A stretch of 63,969 nucleotides of DNA, the filler included, from Ionaspis alba (lineage: Eukaryota): NCBI GenBank assembly GCA_964255285.1. It is 3 parts of 3 records of this genome, joined end to end, with 100 filler letters (N's around TTAATTAATTAA, not from the genome) between each part and the next. Parts side by side here need not be neighbours in the genome. Positions count along the whole stretch, not along the records: positions 23,991 to 47,880 come from CAXUUL010000179.1; 2 more parts are not named here. One strand, 5' to 3'. How positions within the stretch are numbered: the first letter of the stretch is position 1; the number at the start of each line of letters is the position of its first letter. Shown here piece by piece: positions 26,907-38,199 of this stretch. Made by a program: the position numbers and the translations under genes. The notes under the pieces are model-generated. The model ran no database searches, was not told where the DNA came from, and saw only the letters and a program-made list of their open reading frames with translations.

Positions 26907-28169
26907 TCACTCCATGCCTTCCATCAACGACACCCGATCGAGTACCATCCCCCTCAATCCAGCAAACTCTCGAATCGCATCCCACTCTACACCCTCCTCT
27001 TCCCCTCTCCTTTCCCGATTCCTAAAGCCCCAGGAGATAGCCACCTGATCAATCATCGCCCTCTCTTCTTCCCTCAGCCATCGTTCTCTCAGCGGGGTTC
27101 CTGTGGCCCATGTGACCCGATCCATCTGGTCGTTGGCAGTAGTGATTGCGACAACACCGATAGTTGCTGTGAAGACGACGTAGGAAAGGATTCCTGCAAA
27201 CGCTATGTTGGTTGCCATTTCCGTACTCATAGTGTCTTGAAAGACGGAGAGCTGTGACGCCAGTGTGTAGGCTGCCGGAGGGGCAAGGGCCAGTCCTGAT
27301 AGCGGGACTAAAGCTCGACGGATAAATTTAGATTTGTGGTAGGCTGGGGTACACACGGTAGATTTGATAATATCGAAACATAATGCTAGATTCTTCGCTT
27401 GTATTGCGGCTTGTAGAGCAGTAATTGCTGTTTTGAGAGGGACAGCGGCTGTGATTTTGTTGGTGTTGGCTGGTGAGTACTGAACGGGTGAGGTGTTTGG
27501 TTTTGGAATTGGTTTGCCTGCGTAGAGTTTGAGAGCTTCCGATAGAGTCTCTGGTCGTCCAAGTAGGGTTTGTATATTGACATAGAGATCGAGTATTCTG
27601 GGAGTGATAAATACATTGGGACTCGTGACAATGGTGTATGCCGTATTCGAGAGCCGATCAACCACCTGTTCCCTAATTGCATTGGCCAGCACTATGGTGT
27701 TTTTTGTTGTTGACTCTGAACCTCCATCACTTTCATCCAAGAATAGTAGATTCTCGGCTGGCGTGACCTCAATATTTCCCTCCTCCTTCGAGGCTCCTGC
27801 TGCTTTCTTGAAGTACTTGGCAAGGTCTTCACATTTGGTCAGAGACTCGAGTATAACGTTCTCACCCAAAGCGACAGGATTGTGCAGTAGTCTTAGGGTG
27901 TCCTCCAGAACAACTGCGACGCGATTGATGGCCTGATGCTCATGCTTGTTGCCGGTGATCTTTTGCTCTTGAACGTCTCTGCATATCGAGTGTTTCTCTT
28001 GAGACTTTGTTTGCAAACGTCGGAAAGGTTGTGGTTTTGATGTCCTTGTTTGCAGATGGTTGGATCCAGAAAGGCAAAAACATTTCGTGCTTGGAACATG
28101 GTGAATTGAACGGTTCAGAAAGTCCCCAAACAATTGAACTTCACGCTGTACCAGGTGTTTGGAGCTCAT
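26907..28169 (-). CDS. Conserved-looking hypothetical fungal protein, probable mitochondrial membrane protein
   Basis: Long intronless ORF with two C-terminal hydrophobic helices followed by TTANDQMDRVTWATGTPLRERWLREEER. Confidence 0.7.
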   Translation of the reverse strand: MSSKHLVQREVQLFGDFLNRSIHHVPSTKCFCLSGSNHLQTRTSKPQPFRRLQTKSQEKHSICRDVQEQKITGNKHEHQAINRVAVVLEDTLRLLHNPVALGENVILESLTKCEDLAKYFKKAAGASKEEGNIEVTPAENLLFLDESDGGSESTTKNTIVLANAIREQVVDRLSNTAYTIVTSPNVFITPRILDLYVNIQTLLGRPETLSEALKLYAGKPIPKPNTSPVQYSPANTNKITAAVPLKTAITALQAAIQAKNLALCFDIIKSTVCTPAYHKSKFIRRALVPLSGLALAPPAAYTLASQLSVFQDTMSTEMATNIAFAGILSYVVFTATIGVVAITTANDQMDRVTWATGTPLRERWLREEERAMIDQVAISWGFRNRERRGEEEGVEWDAIREFAGLRGMVLDRVSLMEGME

Positions 28170-28572
28170 AACGCACAAGAGTCTTCCAGCTCTAGTCAAC
28201 TGCACGAGCGGAATGGCCGTCACCGCTACACCCGATCTCAAGTGAGTCTCTGCTGCCCACTGAGGCTACTGCCAGGATCACGCACGGACCATGGCGTGAC
28301 ACGCGAGCCCTACACAATGACGCTCCCAAAGAAGTGAGTAGCTTTTTGAAAGAAGCGGTGTCGCTGGCTGCAATGCATCGTTCATAGCATAATATGGTAA
28401 CCAGGCACACTATGGTCTCATAGAAGTCTTCTGCTTCGTCCATGTACCGCCTGCTAGTCATAGTCTTATGAAGCACAAATGTTGGTATTATCGTTAGTCC
28501 CATACCAAAGTGTATTCCATATTCGCGTAAGGTTCAAACGCAACCTGCTCGCTCTGTTCTCCCTAATCTAGG

Positions 28573-29449
28573 ATGTTTGCCTCCTATTTCTTTTCTTTTC
28601 TCTGTATCTCATCACTCTTCCTTACCAATGATGCGGCACGGATCCCGTTAATACTCATGATCCAGACGCCGACGGTACTGCTAATCTAAAGAGAGTTGCA
28701 ATTGTCGGGGCAGGTATCGCATGTGCATCTGCGGCCTACCAGCTACCTCCACATCATCGTTCCACACGTCTCGTCGATGTCACGGTCTTCGAGTCAGCTT
28801 CCATTGTAGGCGGCTGGGTCAAGTCCGCGAAGGTTCATGACGGAGCTTACGGGACATAACATGTCGAACCTGGAGCGTACCATTTCTACTCTGACGATCT
28901 ATCCTTGTAGGCAGCAATTGACGAGACTGGGTTGAGAAATTCTTTCCAGCCTCACTATCCACGAGAGAAGAGCGTCGGGTTTGGGACGGCCAGAGCTTCA
29001 CCATGTATAGAGGAAAAGGCCAGAAGTCCTTAACATGGCGTGACCTTAGCCGCTCAACTTGGAGATACGGGCTATCCCCTCGCCGGCTTCGAGGCCTAGT
29101 GGCAACAAGACTCCCTCAAACCCAGAAATTGTATGGCGCGTGGGAGACTGTTACCAGCAATCTCTCAAAAAGTCTGAGTACTCTAGGGTTGACAGATGAA
29201 TACAAACAGTCTGCTGGGAGCTACCCTTCCAGTAGGAGCATTCCAGCCGAGTTCTCGAGAGATATCGTGGAGGCCGCAGCTCGTACACACGATCTCCACC
29301 ATCTAAACTCCATGTCCGCCTTGATTGCTATGAGTACTACTACAGAAAACACAGGACGGACCCAACCAGAAAATCGAGATGACCTTCGTCAAATACGCGT
29401 ACTTAGAACAGGATTAGAACCGCAAACCAAGTCCAAGATCGCGGATTGA
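28573..29449 (+). pseudogene. Degenerate secreted FAD-dependent oxidoreductase (prenylcysteine oxidase/lyase-like)
   Basis: Signal-peptide-like start, RVAIVGAGIACASAAYQL..VTVFE...VGG Rossmann motif, VEPGA, WDG, WRYGLSP; in-frame TAA 28857 and TAG 28908 plus apparent frameshifts near 28650 and 28980; C-terminal half absent. Confidence 0.72.
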
Positions 29450-29688
29450 ACGTACACAAGGCTTCAGACGACGGAAGAACGAAATTCCCCTTCCAATCAG
29501 TCAACATGACATTGACCAGTCCCATCCCTCCGTCTCCAAGTTTATACACCCTGCCATCAAAGAGTGGTTCATTAATCATAGCAGTACCAATTAGGAAGAA
29601 AATGGATGCTGCTCCGAAAATGTTACAGTTTCGGATAGTGTGCTGCTTGGTTTGGTTGTATTACTGTAGAGCTGATAAAAACAGAAGG

Positions 29689-30034
29689 TACAGGGGTACC
29701 GCGTTTAGGCGGAAGAAATCTGCTAGGCTGAAATAGGCTAGTATGGTATTTTGAACTGCTTGAAGATTGACTTGATTAACTATGGGGAAGATATCCCCCC
29801 TACATGTATTAGGTGGTTCCCCGGGTGGTCCCCGGATGGTCCCCGGGTGGGCCCCCTAACAGCCAACATTCTAGGTGGTTGGTTGGTAACTAACAGTGGG
29901 TATCAATCATAATACCCCCTTAATCTAACCAACGCCACCCCCTAATCTAACCCCTAAGCCAACTATTACCCAGGTAACCGTTGTACCTAATTTTAGTAGG
30001 TTGATGAGGTAGGGTCAACCAGTACCCCCCTGTA
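29689..30034. mobile_element. Degenerate MITE / Tc1-mariner-like relic
   Basis: Left end TA|CAGGGGTAC, right end GTACCCCCCTG|TA (short imperfect inverted repeat with TA flanks); internal GGTGGTCCCC tandem units and TAATCTAACC duplication; CpG/CpA-poor, TpA-rich. Confidence 0.45.
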
Positions 30035-30867
30035 ACCCTAGCTTGTCTTGGCGGAGGAGCTAACCCTAAAAGAGATATTAGTTTAACAAGAGCACCGAAC
30101 TCCCCACAAACCTGCTCGCACAATGTCGATTCTCAAATCATTCTTGCTAAGCAGGTGTAGAGCCCGGAGGCATGCTTCTTTCCTCTGCTAATAACCAGTC
30201 TTGCAGTTGTTGCTGTCCACAAAGAAGTCGATCCAATTATGAGCGCGACGGTAAAGAAGTAGCTCCCGGACCGAGTTCCCGTGTTCTCAACTAGATGTGG
30301 CCAGCATTCTGTAAGGCTGTTGTTGAGTAGTACTGGCGTGTTTGCTCGTCTCCATGCCGTATAGTAGTAAAACACACTAGCGATGCGCCCGGAGGCCGGA
30401 ACTTAGAGCGCCCGATATTGATTAGCGCACTTACCAAAGCCCTAACGCTAAAAGGTCAATCTGCAACAAAGCTGAGGGTGCCACAGCTTCTTGGGGCCAT
30501 TTAGTATCTGGATCAACTACTATTCATCAGTTGTTGACTATACACAGACCAACACGATGAAGAGAACAACAGACTTCGCCACCAGTCATTACAACAATTT
30601 GCAGAGGCAAAGCCGTCGAGGCCATAGAGTAAGCTTCGACATGATGAGAAAAGGAAGACCACCAAATGCTGAAATCCAAGGTATATAAGACCTTCGGAGG
30701 ACCCGCTCATTCGACATTCAAACAGCAACAAACAGCTCAACACTTCAAGTACAAAAACCAAGATCAACCAAGTACCGAAACATCATCTCAGTCAGCCAGC
30801 CTCACCGAGAACCAAAAAGATCCATCTTCATTTTCAATTCCATCTTCAAACAAATTCTCCACTCAAT

Positions 30868-31242
30868 ATGCAATTCTCCAAAGCTCTTATTGCCACTCTC
30901 TTCCTCGCCCTCCCTCTCGTCTCCGCCTACGGCTCCGAATACTACGCCCGCGACGCAGAAATCGATTCCGGTATCGACTCCGGTATCCATGCGCGTGATG
31001 TGGGTTTCGAATCCGACCTATGGGCCCGCGACATCGGGTATGACGCGGACCTGTATGCCCGTGATCTCGAGATCGTTGACCTCTTCCGCCGCGGCGAGCT
31101 GACTCGCCGTGTCAAGAACCCGGCCGCTTGTCAGCAATGCGAGAACAATTGCAGGAGCATCGCAAGTCATACCAATCAGGTCTCGGAGATGTACCACAAG
31201 TGTTATCAAGCCAACTGCTTGAAGAAGGGTGTGTGTTACTAG
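30868..31242 (+). CDS. Small secreted precursor: signal peptide, acidic xAR-D repeat pro-region, RR sites, 6-Cys peptide
   Basis: 124-aa intronless ORF with C-rich third codon positions, MQFSKALIATLFLALPLVSA signal, upstream TATATAA at about 30682 and CA-rich leader. Confidence 0.88.
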   Translation: MQFSKALIATLFLALPLVSAYGSEYYARDAEIDSGIDSGIHARDVGFESDLWARDIGYDADLYARDLEIVDLFRRGELTRRVKNPAACQQCENNCRSIASHTNQVSEMYHKCYQANCLKKGVCY

Positions 31243-32612
31243 ATCGTGCAGGAGGAAAGGGACTGTCGGATGGAGATGGGGGTTGCTGGGATGTGGAGGG
31301 AGGACTTGTATATTAAGCAGGGGCGAAGGTTTACAGGTGTTGTACAGGTAGTGGCGTAATGAATCCAACTCGATGTTCAGTACTTGATCCAAAAGAGAAT
31401 TCGTTCTGCAATGCTTGAAGCGTTAATCTGCATGTGAAAGAGAGTTGAACAGTAAGTTTTCAATGTTTCAGTCCTACGAGCATTAACACCAAAATCGTTT
31501 CGATCCTTGCGCAGAAGCAAGCCTCAATATCGGCATAACGAAGGTACACTGTGTATAGGAACAAGCTGAAAGGATTTTGTAATCAAACAAGCAAGTTTGC
31601 CCATGGAATGTAAAACGCGCTCGACTTCAACCTAAGCGCAAGTAGACAGACACTTTGCCTCCTCAAGTATGCTCATGAACAAGCTGCACATCACTAGAGA
31701 TAAGACAGCCGAGCAAGCCAATAGACTCGATAGAAAGCTTGTCAGCTACGAGCTTAGGATCATGATGAACATTGGCACTGTCAGGCACTGAAGTGCTCAT
31801 GACACAACCAGAATAGTTCGGTCTATATTGGGGCCTGTGGTTCTGGCAGGCGGATGCTGTACGAAGGAAGTCATGGCGGAGGCCTCGCATTTCCAGCACA
31901 TAAGACCAGGAGCTCTCGGCACCTGGGCGGTAAACACCCTACATAAAAAGTCAGTGGTCGTGATATGGAGTTGTGTTTACCGACAAAGACAAGCGCCTCC
32001 CTTGCAAAGAACTTGATGATACCCTACATAGTCAGTAGACCTACTAGGATATACTATATTAATTGTCATCGGTTAAGAGCAAATGAGGCCTCCATAGTAG
32101 CAGAGTACAGAACTTTCGAAGGTTTGTGTTTTGACGTGTGGGATAGTACATGCAGCAGCTTAGGGAACTGTGAGCGCGTATATATAGTCCTAGTGAGCAC
32201 CGCTCGCCATTGAGAGCATCCTCGGACATGGACTGAGAGCTTGCTATGTTGACTATGATAGTAAAGAGCGCATAAGCCGCAGCACCACCCCTGATCGGCA
32301 GGCACAAAGTTAGGTCTGTTATCGATGTTAAAACTTTTAAACTAGCGGCAATTACGGAGACTCGGTCAAGATTTCCCCTTAAGCCCTACCTAAAGATCCG
32401 CAATTCGGTCTTGAGATAGCGAAGAGGTCAAGTCGCTCACCTCGCTAAATCTCATTGCATTAGTAGGAGCTCAAGCTTCTGGCTCCCTCATAAGGCACCT
32501 GTGCACCTACAAGAATGCGTCCATGTTAGCTATCCCGCGCAGCATTTTCGGGATGAACCATAATGACTTCAATAACATGTACCTAGAATTGGCCTCGGAA
32601 TGATCACGACCA

Positions 32613-33382
32613 ATGTACGGAGAACTGGGTCTGAAGCTGGTACGCTACTCCCCAAAGGTCATCAGGAGCCAAAGAGAAACTGACGCGTCAAATTCAGGTC
32701 CAACATGCCAAACGGACCCAAGCCCTGAACCATCTACCCCCCTATCAACCAGAGCTGGTCCGCGCCGTCACCCGTGAGGTCCGCGAGTTGGACAAAGATG
32801 TCTCCAACATCCTAGGGCCCACGCGAGGAGCCTTCAATCCGTCGTCAGACCCTGCAACTGCTTGCTCCCTGCTCGTGGATCACCTCTGCATGCGACGGAA
32901 CAAGCGATGCCTGCTGGCCTACCATCGTGTACGCGTTGATAAGCTGGAAGAGATGTGCTGGAATGGACAGGATGTCTTGGAGCAGCAACAACAACAGCAA
33001 ACGGAGTCGCGCAATGGGCAGGGTGGGGGAAGTGGGATGGCTTCTGAGGCAGGGAATTCGAGCTCGCTGAGTCCGGAAGAGGAGGAGTATGTCAGGCGCT
33101 ATAGCGATATGCTTGCAGCGTATAAGGGACAATGGACCGATATCGATTTGACGGGGAGCTTGGAACCTCCAACGGATTTGTTCATCGATGTGAGGGTTCT
33201 GAAAGACGCTGGGGAGATACAGACGGAGTATGGGTAGGATACTAATTGATGTCTGTGATGATTGCATGGTTCTGACTAGTTTTTGCAGGGCGATCACGTT
33301 AACCAAGAACAGTCAGTTCTACGTCAGGCAGGGGGATGTAGAGCGACTTATTGCTCAGGGATTCCTACAGAAGCTGAGTTGA
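32613..33382 (+). CDS. PSF1: GINS complex subunit Psf1, 2 introns
   Basis: MYGELGLKL, LVDHLCMRRNKRCLLAYH, DIDLTGSLEPP.DLFIDVRVLKDAGEIQTEYG, LTKNSQFYVRQGDVERLI. Confidence 0.96.
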
Positions 33383-34509
33383 CTGAATCTGCAATTTACG
33401 GATGTAGCGAACTGTGAGTATCACGACTAGAAACCTGGAATGGTCTCAGGTGCGGGTTTCTGCTTCGACTATATAGGCTCTTACGATGGTCCTCGGGGAA
33501 GTCGGGAGCTTAGGATCACTGGAGCATCCATGGTGCAGCTCAGTTTGAAGCTAAATTTGAGGAGGAATCCTGGTCCACGATGAGAGCGAAAATCCATCCG
33601 TCTGGGTGAATTCAAGTATTTGATTTGGGATGCTGCGGATCTTCTAGGAGGACACCGCTCTTGATGAGGCTATAAGCAAACATATCCAGGTCGCGGCTTG
33701 CGTGATCTCATAAATTTATAGTCCATTCCACTATATTGTGGCACGAGCGCTGGAACTCCACGCTCATACTCGACTAGATCTCTCTAATCGTCTCCTGGTC
33801 ATCGAGGCACGTATAACTCCCAAAGCCCTGGAGCACCCACAATCCGTTCTTCGCTCTATGCTGCTGTAGTGTATGGTATGCACTCCGCTATCCTATGGAT
33901 GTGTAAACCGTTGTTGTCACACTCCAACATTTTGATTGGAGGGATGCAGTCCGGGGATTTTTGCGCTGCGGCATCGGAGTGCGGAGAAGGATCGTGGAGA
34001 TGTGCAACTGCCGCTTAGTCGTGCAGCACGTCAAGACCTGTCGCTCACACGCCATGCAGAAAACTTGGTACCTTTATGCATGATCACGAATATCCATCCA
34101 GTGGCAGCGCCACTGACAGGTGCCATTGACAAGGAAAATCGCCCCGCGAAAAAAGAAGCATCGTCCTTCTCCACAATTTCTTCCCTCTGCCTTTTCGATC
34201 CAGTATGCGGCAGCTAAGCTTTAGCCCTTCTGCCATCTCGGGGAAAGCCCCGCTAGTTGGCTCAATGTTCACAAGCTTTGCGCGGTACTCTACAACCATG
34301 GCAGCTCATATATCTCTTTTGCCTCCCTGCTCCTACTATTTCATCCGTTCGGGAAAGCCCTAAGATCAGATGTGCAATTATCGTCATGATTGCGTGATTG
34401 ACAAACTCGCTCATGAGATATATCCTCGCCAAGAGCTAACCTCCTGGTATGAAACAATTCATCGTTCTCTGAGCTGAGCGAGCAGATTGCTTGTGGTGGA
34501 GCAGAGTGG

Positions 34510-37500
34510 ATGGCAGCGATGTCTACTCCGCCATCTGCCCGGCTTAGGAGCGGCTCTCGTCTGGCTCAATTGCTCCGCTCATCGCAGCCATCAATATCCG
34601 ACACCACCAGCGAACATGACGAAGATCAGAGTGGAGCATCACCACAAATCGAAACACGGTCCACGGGGAGCTTCCGACCACGAGCAGAATCTACTCCATT
34701 GGGAACTTCTGTTGCTTCGTCCATGAACCTAAAAACTCCTGCACGTTCATACTTCCACCGTTCTTTTCATGGCTCCATTGGTGGGTGGCGCCAAACTTCC
34801 ACTTCGATTGCACGTGCTGACCTTTCACAGCTCCAACAGATGGCACAAACAACACGCCTCACGGAGTACGCGAAGATACGGCCGAGCTGGCTTCGTGGGC
34901 GCTCTCGGACGCTGCCTCGATCAGGAGTGGTACTCCTCCACCTCACCATGGCGTCTCGGGGTCAAATTCAATAGCACCAAACCTCGACTCCTACTTCGAC
35001 GACCCTTTGAACAACCAACCAGCGACACCCCGCGATTCGAATGACTCTGTTAGACCCGATGTCATACGAGAAGTTTCAGAGCCTGTCACTCCAGAAAGCG
35101 GACCATCCTCCCGCAAATCTACCTCTATACTTGCGGAGATGATACGGGATGCTGCATCGGCTGAGGAAGAGGGCCACGATGCTAGTAGTGACAAGGACGA
35201 CAGTGTGTATGATGATGCGAATGCTCGAGCGGTCACCGTGCGCAATGGAATCATATCTCAGCCTGACGAAGGAACTGCACTTTTACGAAGTAAAGCAGCT
35301 TTGGACTCGCACAAACATCACCACTACGATACAATTCGTGACGTTGAGAGCCAGAGCTATGACTACAGAACTACTCTCGACAGGTTTCGCGCCCTGATCT
35401 CCAGGTCGAGAACGCGGAGCGTAAGCATTGTTCGTACAATCATCAGTCCAAAGTCATGGGAAGCAAGAGCTATCTGGAAACAAGGGGTAGTACGACCTGC
35501 TGGATTTGTTCCGGCTATCATCCTCGGGTTATTGCTGAACATTCTCGATGCTCTTTCCTATGGTATGATGGAACATCAAAACATGAAAAAGCTTAGATGC
35601 TGATGACTTTCTGCCTAGGAATGATCTTGTTCCCACTTGGACAGCCAATATTCGCCAAACTGGGTCCTGATGGTATCTCCATGTTCTACGTTAGCTGTAT
35701 TGTGTCGCAGCTTGTGTATAGTCTTGGCGGGAGTATCTTCAAAGGCGGTATAGGTTCGGAGATGGTATGGTCAATCCTTCGTAATCTTGATTGCTAGCTG
35801 ATTCATGGCTAGATCGAAGTCGTTCCATTCTTTCATAAGATGGCTTTCACCATAATGGCGCGAGTAGGCGAAGACAACCCGAAATCAGTCATTGCAACAA
35901 CTATTCTGTCTTACTCACTTAGTTCAATCTTGACCGGTGCCGTCTTCTTCCTCATGGGTAAGTGCAGGTTGGGCTCGCTTATTGGCTTCTTTCCACGACA
36001 TATCCTCATCGGCTGTATCGGCGGAGTCGGATGGTTCCTCGTAGCCACGGGCGTAGAGGTGTCTGCGCGACTTAATGGAAATCTCGAATACAACCTGACT
36101 ACCCTCAAGAAGCTTTTCCAGTCCGACACGATAGCTCTCTGGTTGATACCACTTATCCTTGCAATTACCCTGTTATTCACCAAACGTTGGGTGAAACACT
36201 CCTTGACTGACGCTGCATTTTTCTTATCCATTATCATAATCTTCTACTTCTTCGTTGCTGCTATACCAGATCTTAATCTTGATGACCTTCGAAGGAAAGG
36301 TTGGGTTTTCGCTGCTCCTGAAGCTGGAGTGCCTTTCTATCATTTTTACAGCCTTTACGGTAAGACACATCGCTTCTCAGCTATTTCAGGTTACTGCTTA
36401 CACCCTGTAGATTTTGGAGCGGTCAACTGGACAGCCCTCATTTCCACGGTGCCAGCTATGTTCGCATTGACTTTCTTCGGTATCTTGCATGTTCCAATCA
36501 ACATTCCAGCGTTGGGCTTGACGACCGGAGAGGACAATGTGGATGTTGATCGTGAACTAAGAGCTCATGGACTATCCAATGCTCTGTCCGGACTTTGTGG
36601 AAGCATACAGAACTATCTCGTCTACACAAACACCGTACTCTTCATGCGCAGTGGTGGAGATAGTCGGGTGGCCGGTGTGCTTCTAGCCTTTGCTACGTTT
36701 GGAATCCTTGTCATGGGACCAGTGATCATTGGATATATTCCCATCATGGTCGTCGGAGCACTCATATTTTTCCTTGGCTTCGACCTGATGCGAGAAGCGC
36801 TGGTGGATACGTGGGGAAGAGTTCACCGCTTGGAATATTTTACGGTAAGAACGATCCCTCCAGGTGACTGGTTCGTGGCTTACAGGTCACAGGTTATTGT
36901 AATTGTAGCGACAATGGGTGCTTATGACTTCGTGGTCGGGATACTCGTCGGAATAATGCTCGCTTGCGTCAGCTTCGTCGTTCAGTCTTCTCAGATCTCT
37001 GCTATCAGATCGGCACTACCAGGCGGACTTGCAAACTCCACGGTACGACGGCATCCAATCCAGCACCAATTTCTGCAAGAAGTTGGGAAGCAAATCTACG
37101 TCATGAAGCTTGCCGGCTATCTGTTCTTCGGGACCATCGTTGGTGTCGAGACTCGGATTAGAGCATTACTTCGGGAAGATGCCTTCGACTCTCATCCCAT
37201 TCGACTCCTTGTCCTTGATCTTTCGAAGGTCGACGGCGTCGACTTCTCGGCAGCAGAAGCTTTTACTCGCATCAACAGGATTCTCAAGGTGCGCGATGTC
37301 CAGATGATTATGTGTGGGTTCTCCTGGAAAGGCGAAATCGGCGATAGCCTATATAACGTTGGTCTCTTCGGTGAAGATGACGGTGTCGAGTTCTTTGAGG
37401 ACCTCAACTCGGCTCTCGAGTTTTGCGAGAATGAGCTCCTTAAAGCTTTCTATCAGAGGAGAGATGCTATGAATGTCACCAGCTCCGGGACAAAACATCT

Positions 37501-38199
37501 AGGTATAACCAACACGCCTCATTGAATGCGTGAAGGTTACGCTGACCTAATCATAGAAATTCCACACCCTGCCAAGTCGTCGTTCTCAAGCGAGACGATG
37601 TTCAGCTCGCCACGGAGAGACCAGCTGCACAACGTGGCCACCACTACTCTCCAAGAACAGCAAGACTCGGTACCGCACGGAAAATGGCAACAGTATGAGC
37701 AACCATTGCAGCTGATCCTTCAGACTTTTTCCACTGTATCAGACAAGGACGAAGATTTCTGGAAACGAACTCCATCCTTCTTCGAAAGAAGAGAATATGC
37801 GACTGGCACTGTTTTGTACAGCCGGGGAGACCGTCCCAAAGGCTTCTATCTACTCGAGACAGGCATACTAAAGGCTGAGTATAAATTGCCTCAAGGAACC
37901 TTCTCGGAACTCATCGTGGCCGGGACGACCTGCGGCGAGTTGCCCTTCTTCTCGAATACAAGCCGGACGTCTACGACTGTCGCGGAAAGGGATAGTGTGA
38001 CGTGGGTCCTGAATGATGAGAGGTGGAGGGATGTCCAGAACCATCACCCTGATGTTGCGCAAGAGCTGCTCAAGATCAGTCTGAAGCTTACGAGTGAACG
38101 AATGGATGTTATCACGAAGTATGAGCTCTTCAATGAACTACGAGGAAGGGGATGATTGCTAATGCTGTGGCTAGATATATGTTGCTGACTAGTGGGTAA
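34510..38199 (+). CDS. SulP/SLC26-family transporter with STAS and cNMP-binding domains (Vsb1/YGR125W-like)
   Basis: [62 protein letters not shown], cNMP-like [11 protein letters not shown]; several introns. Confidence 0.88.

Noticed and set aside
29920..30070. Telomere
   Set aside because: Only scattered TAACCC motifs, internal to a contig, not a tandem array.
30868..31242. Dikaritin/ustiloxin-type RiPP cluster around the repeat precursor
   Set aside because: No DUF3328/UstYa, tyrosinase or other tailoring genes nearby on this contig, and the repeats are divergent rather than identical cores.
32405..32500. tRNA-like D-arm (TAGCGAAGAGGTCAAGTCGC)
   Set aside because: No GTTCRA T-loop and no convincing acceptor stem.
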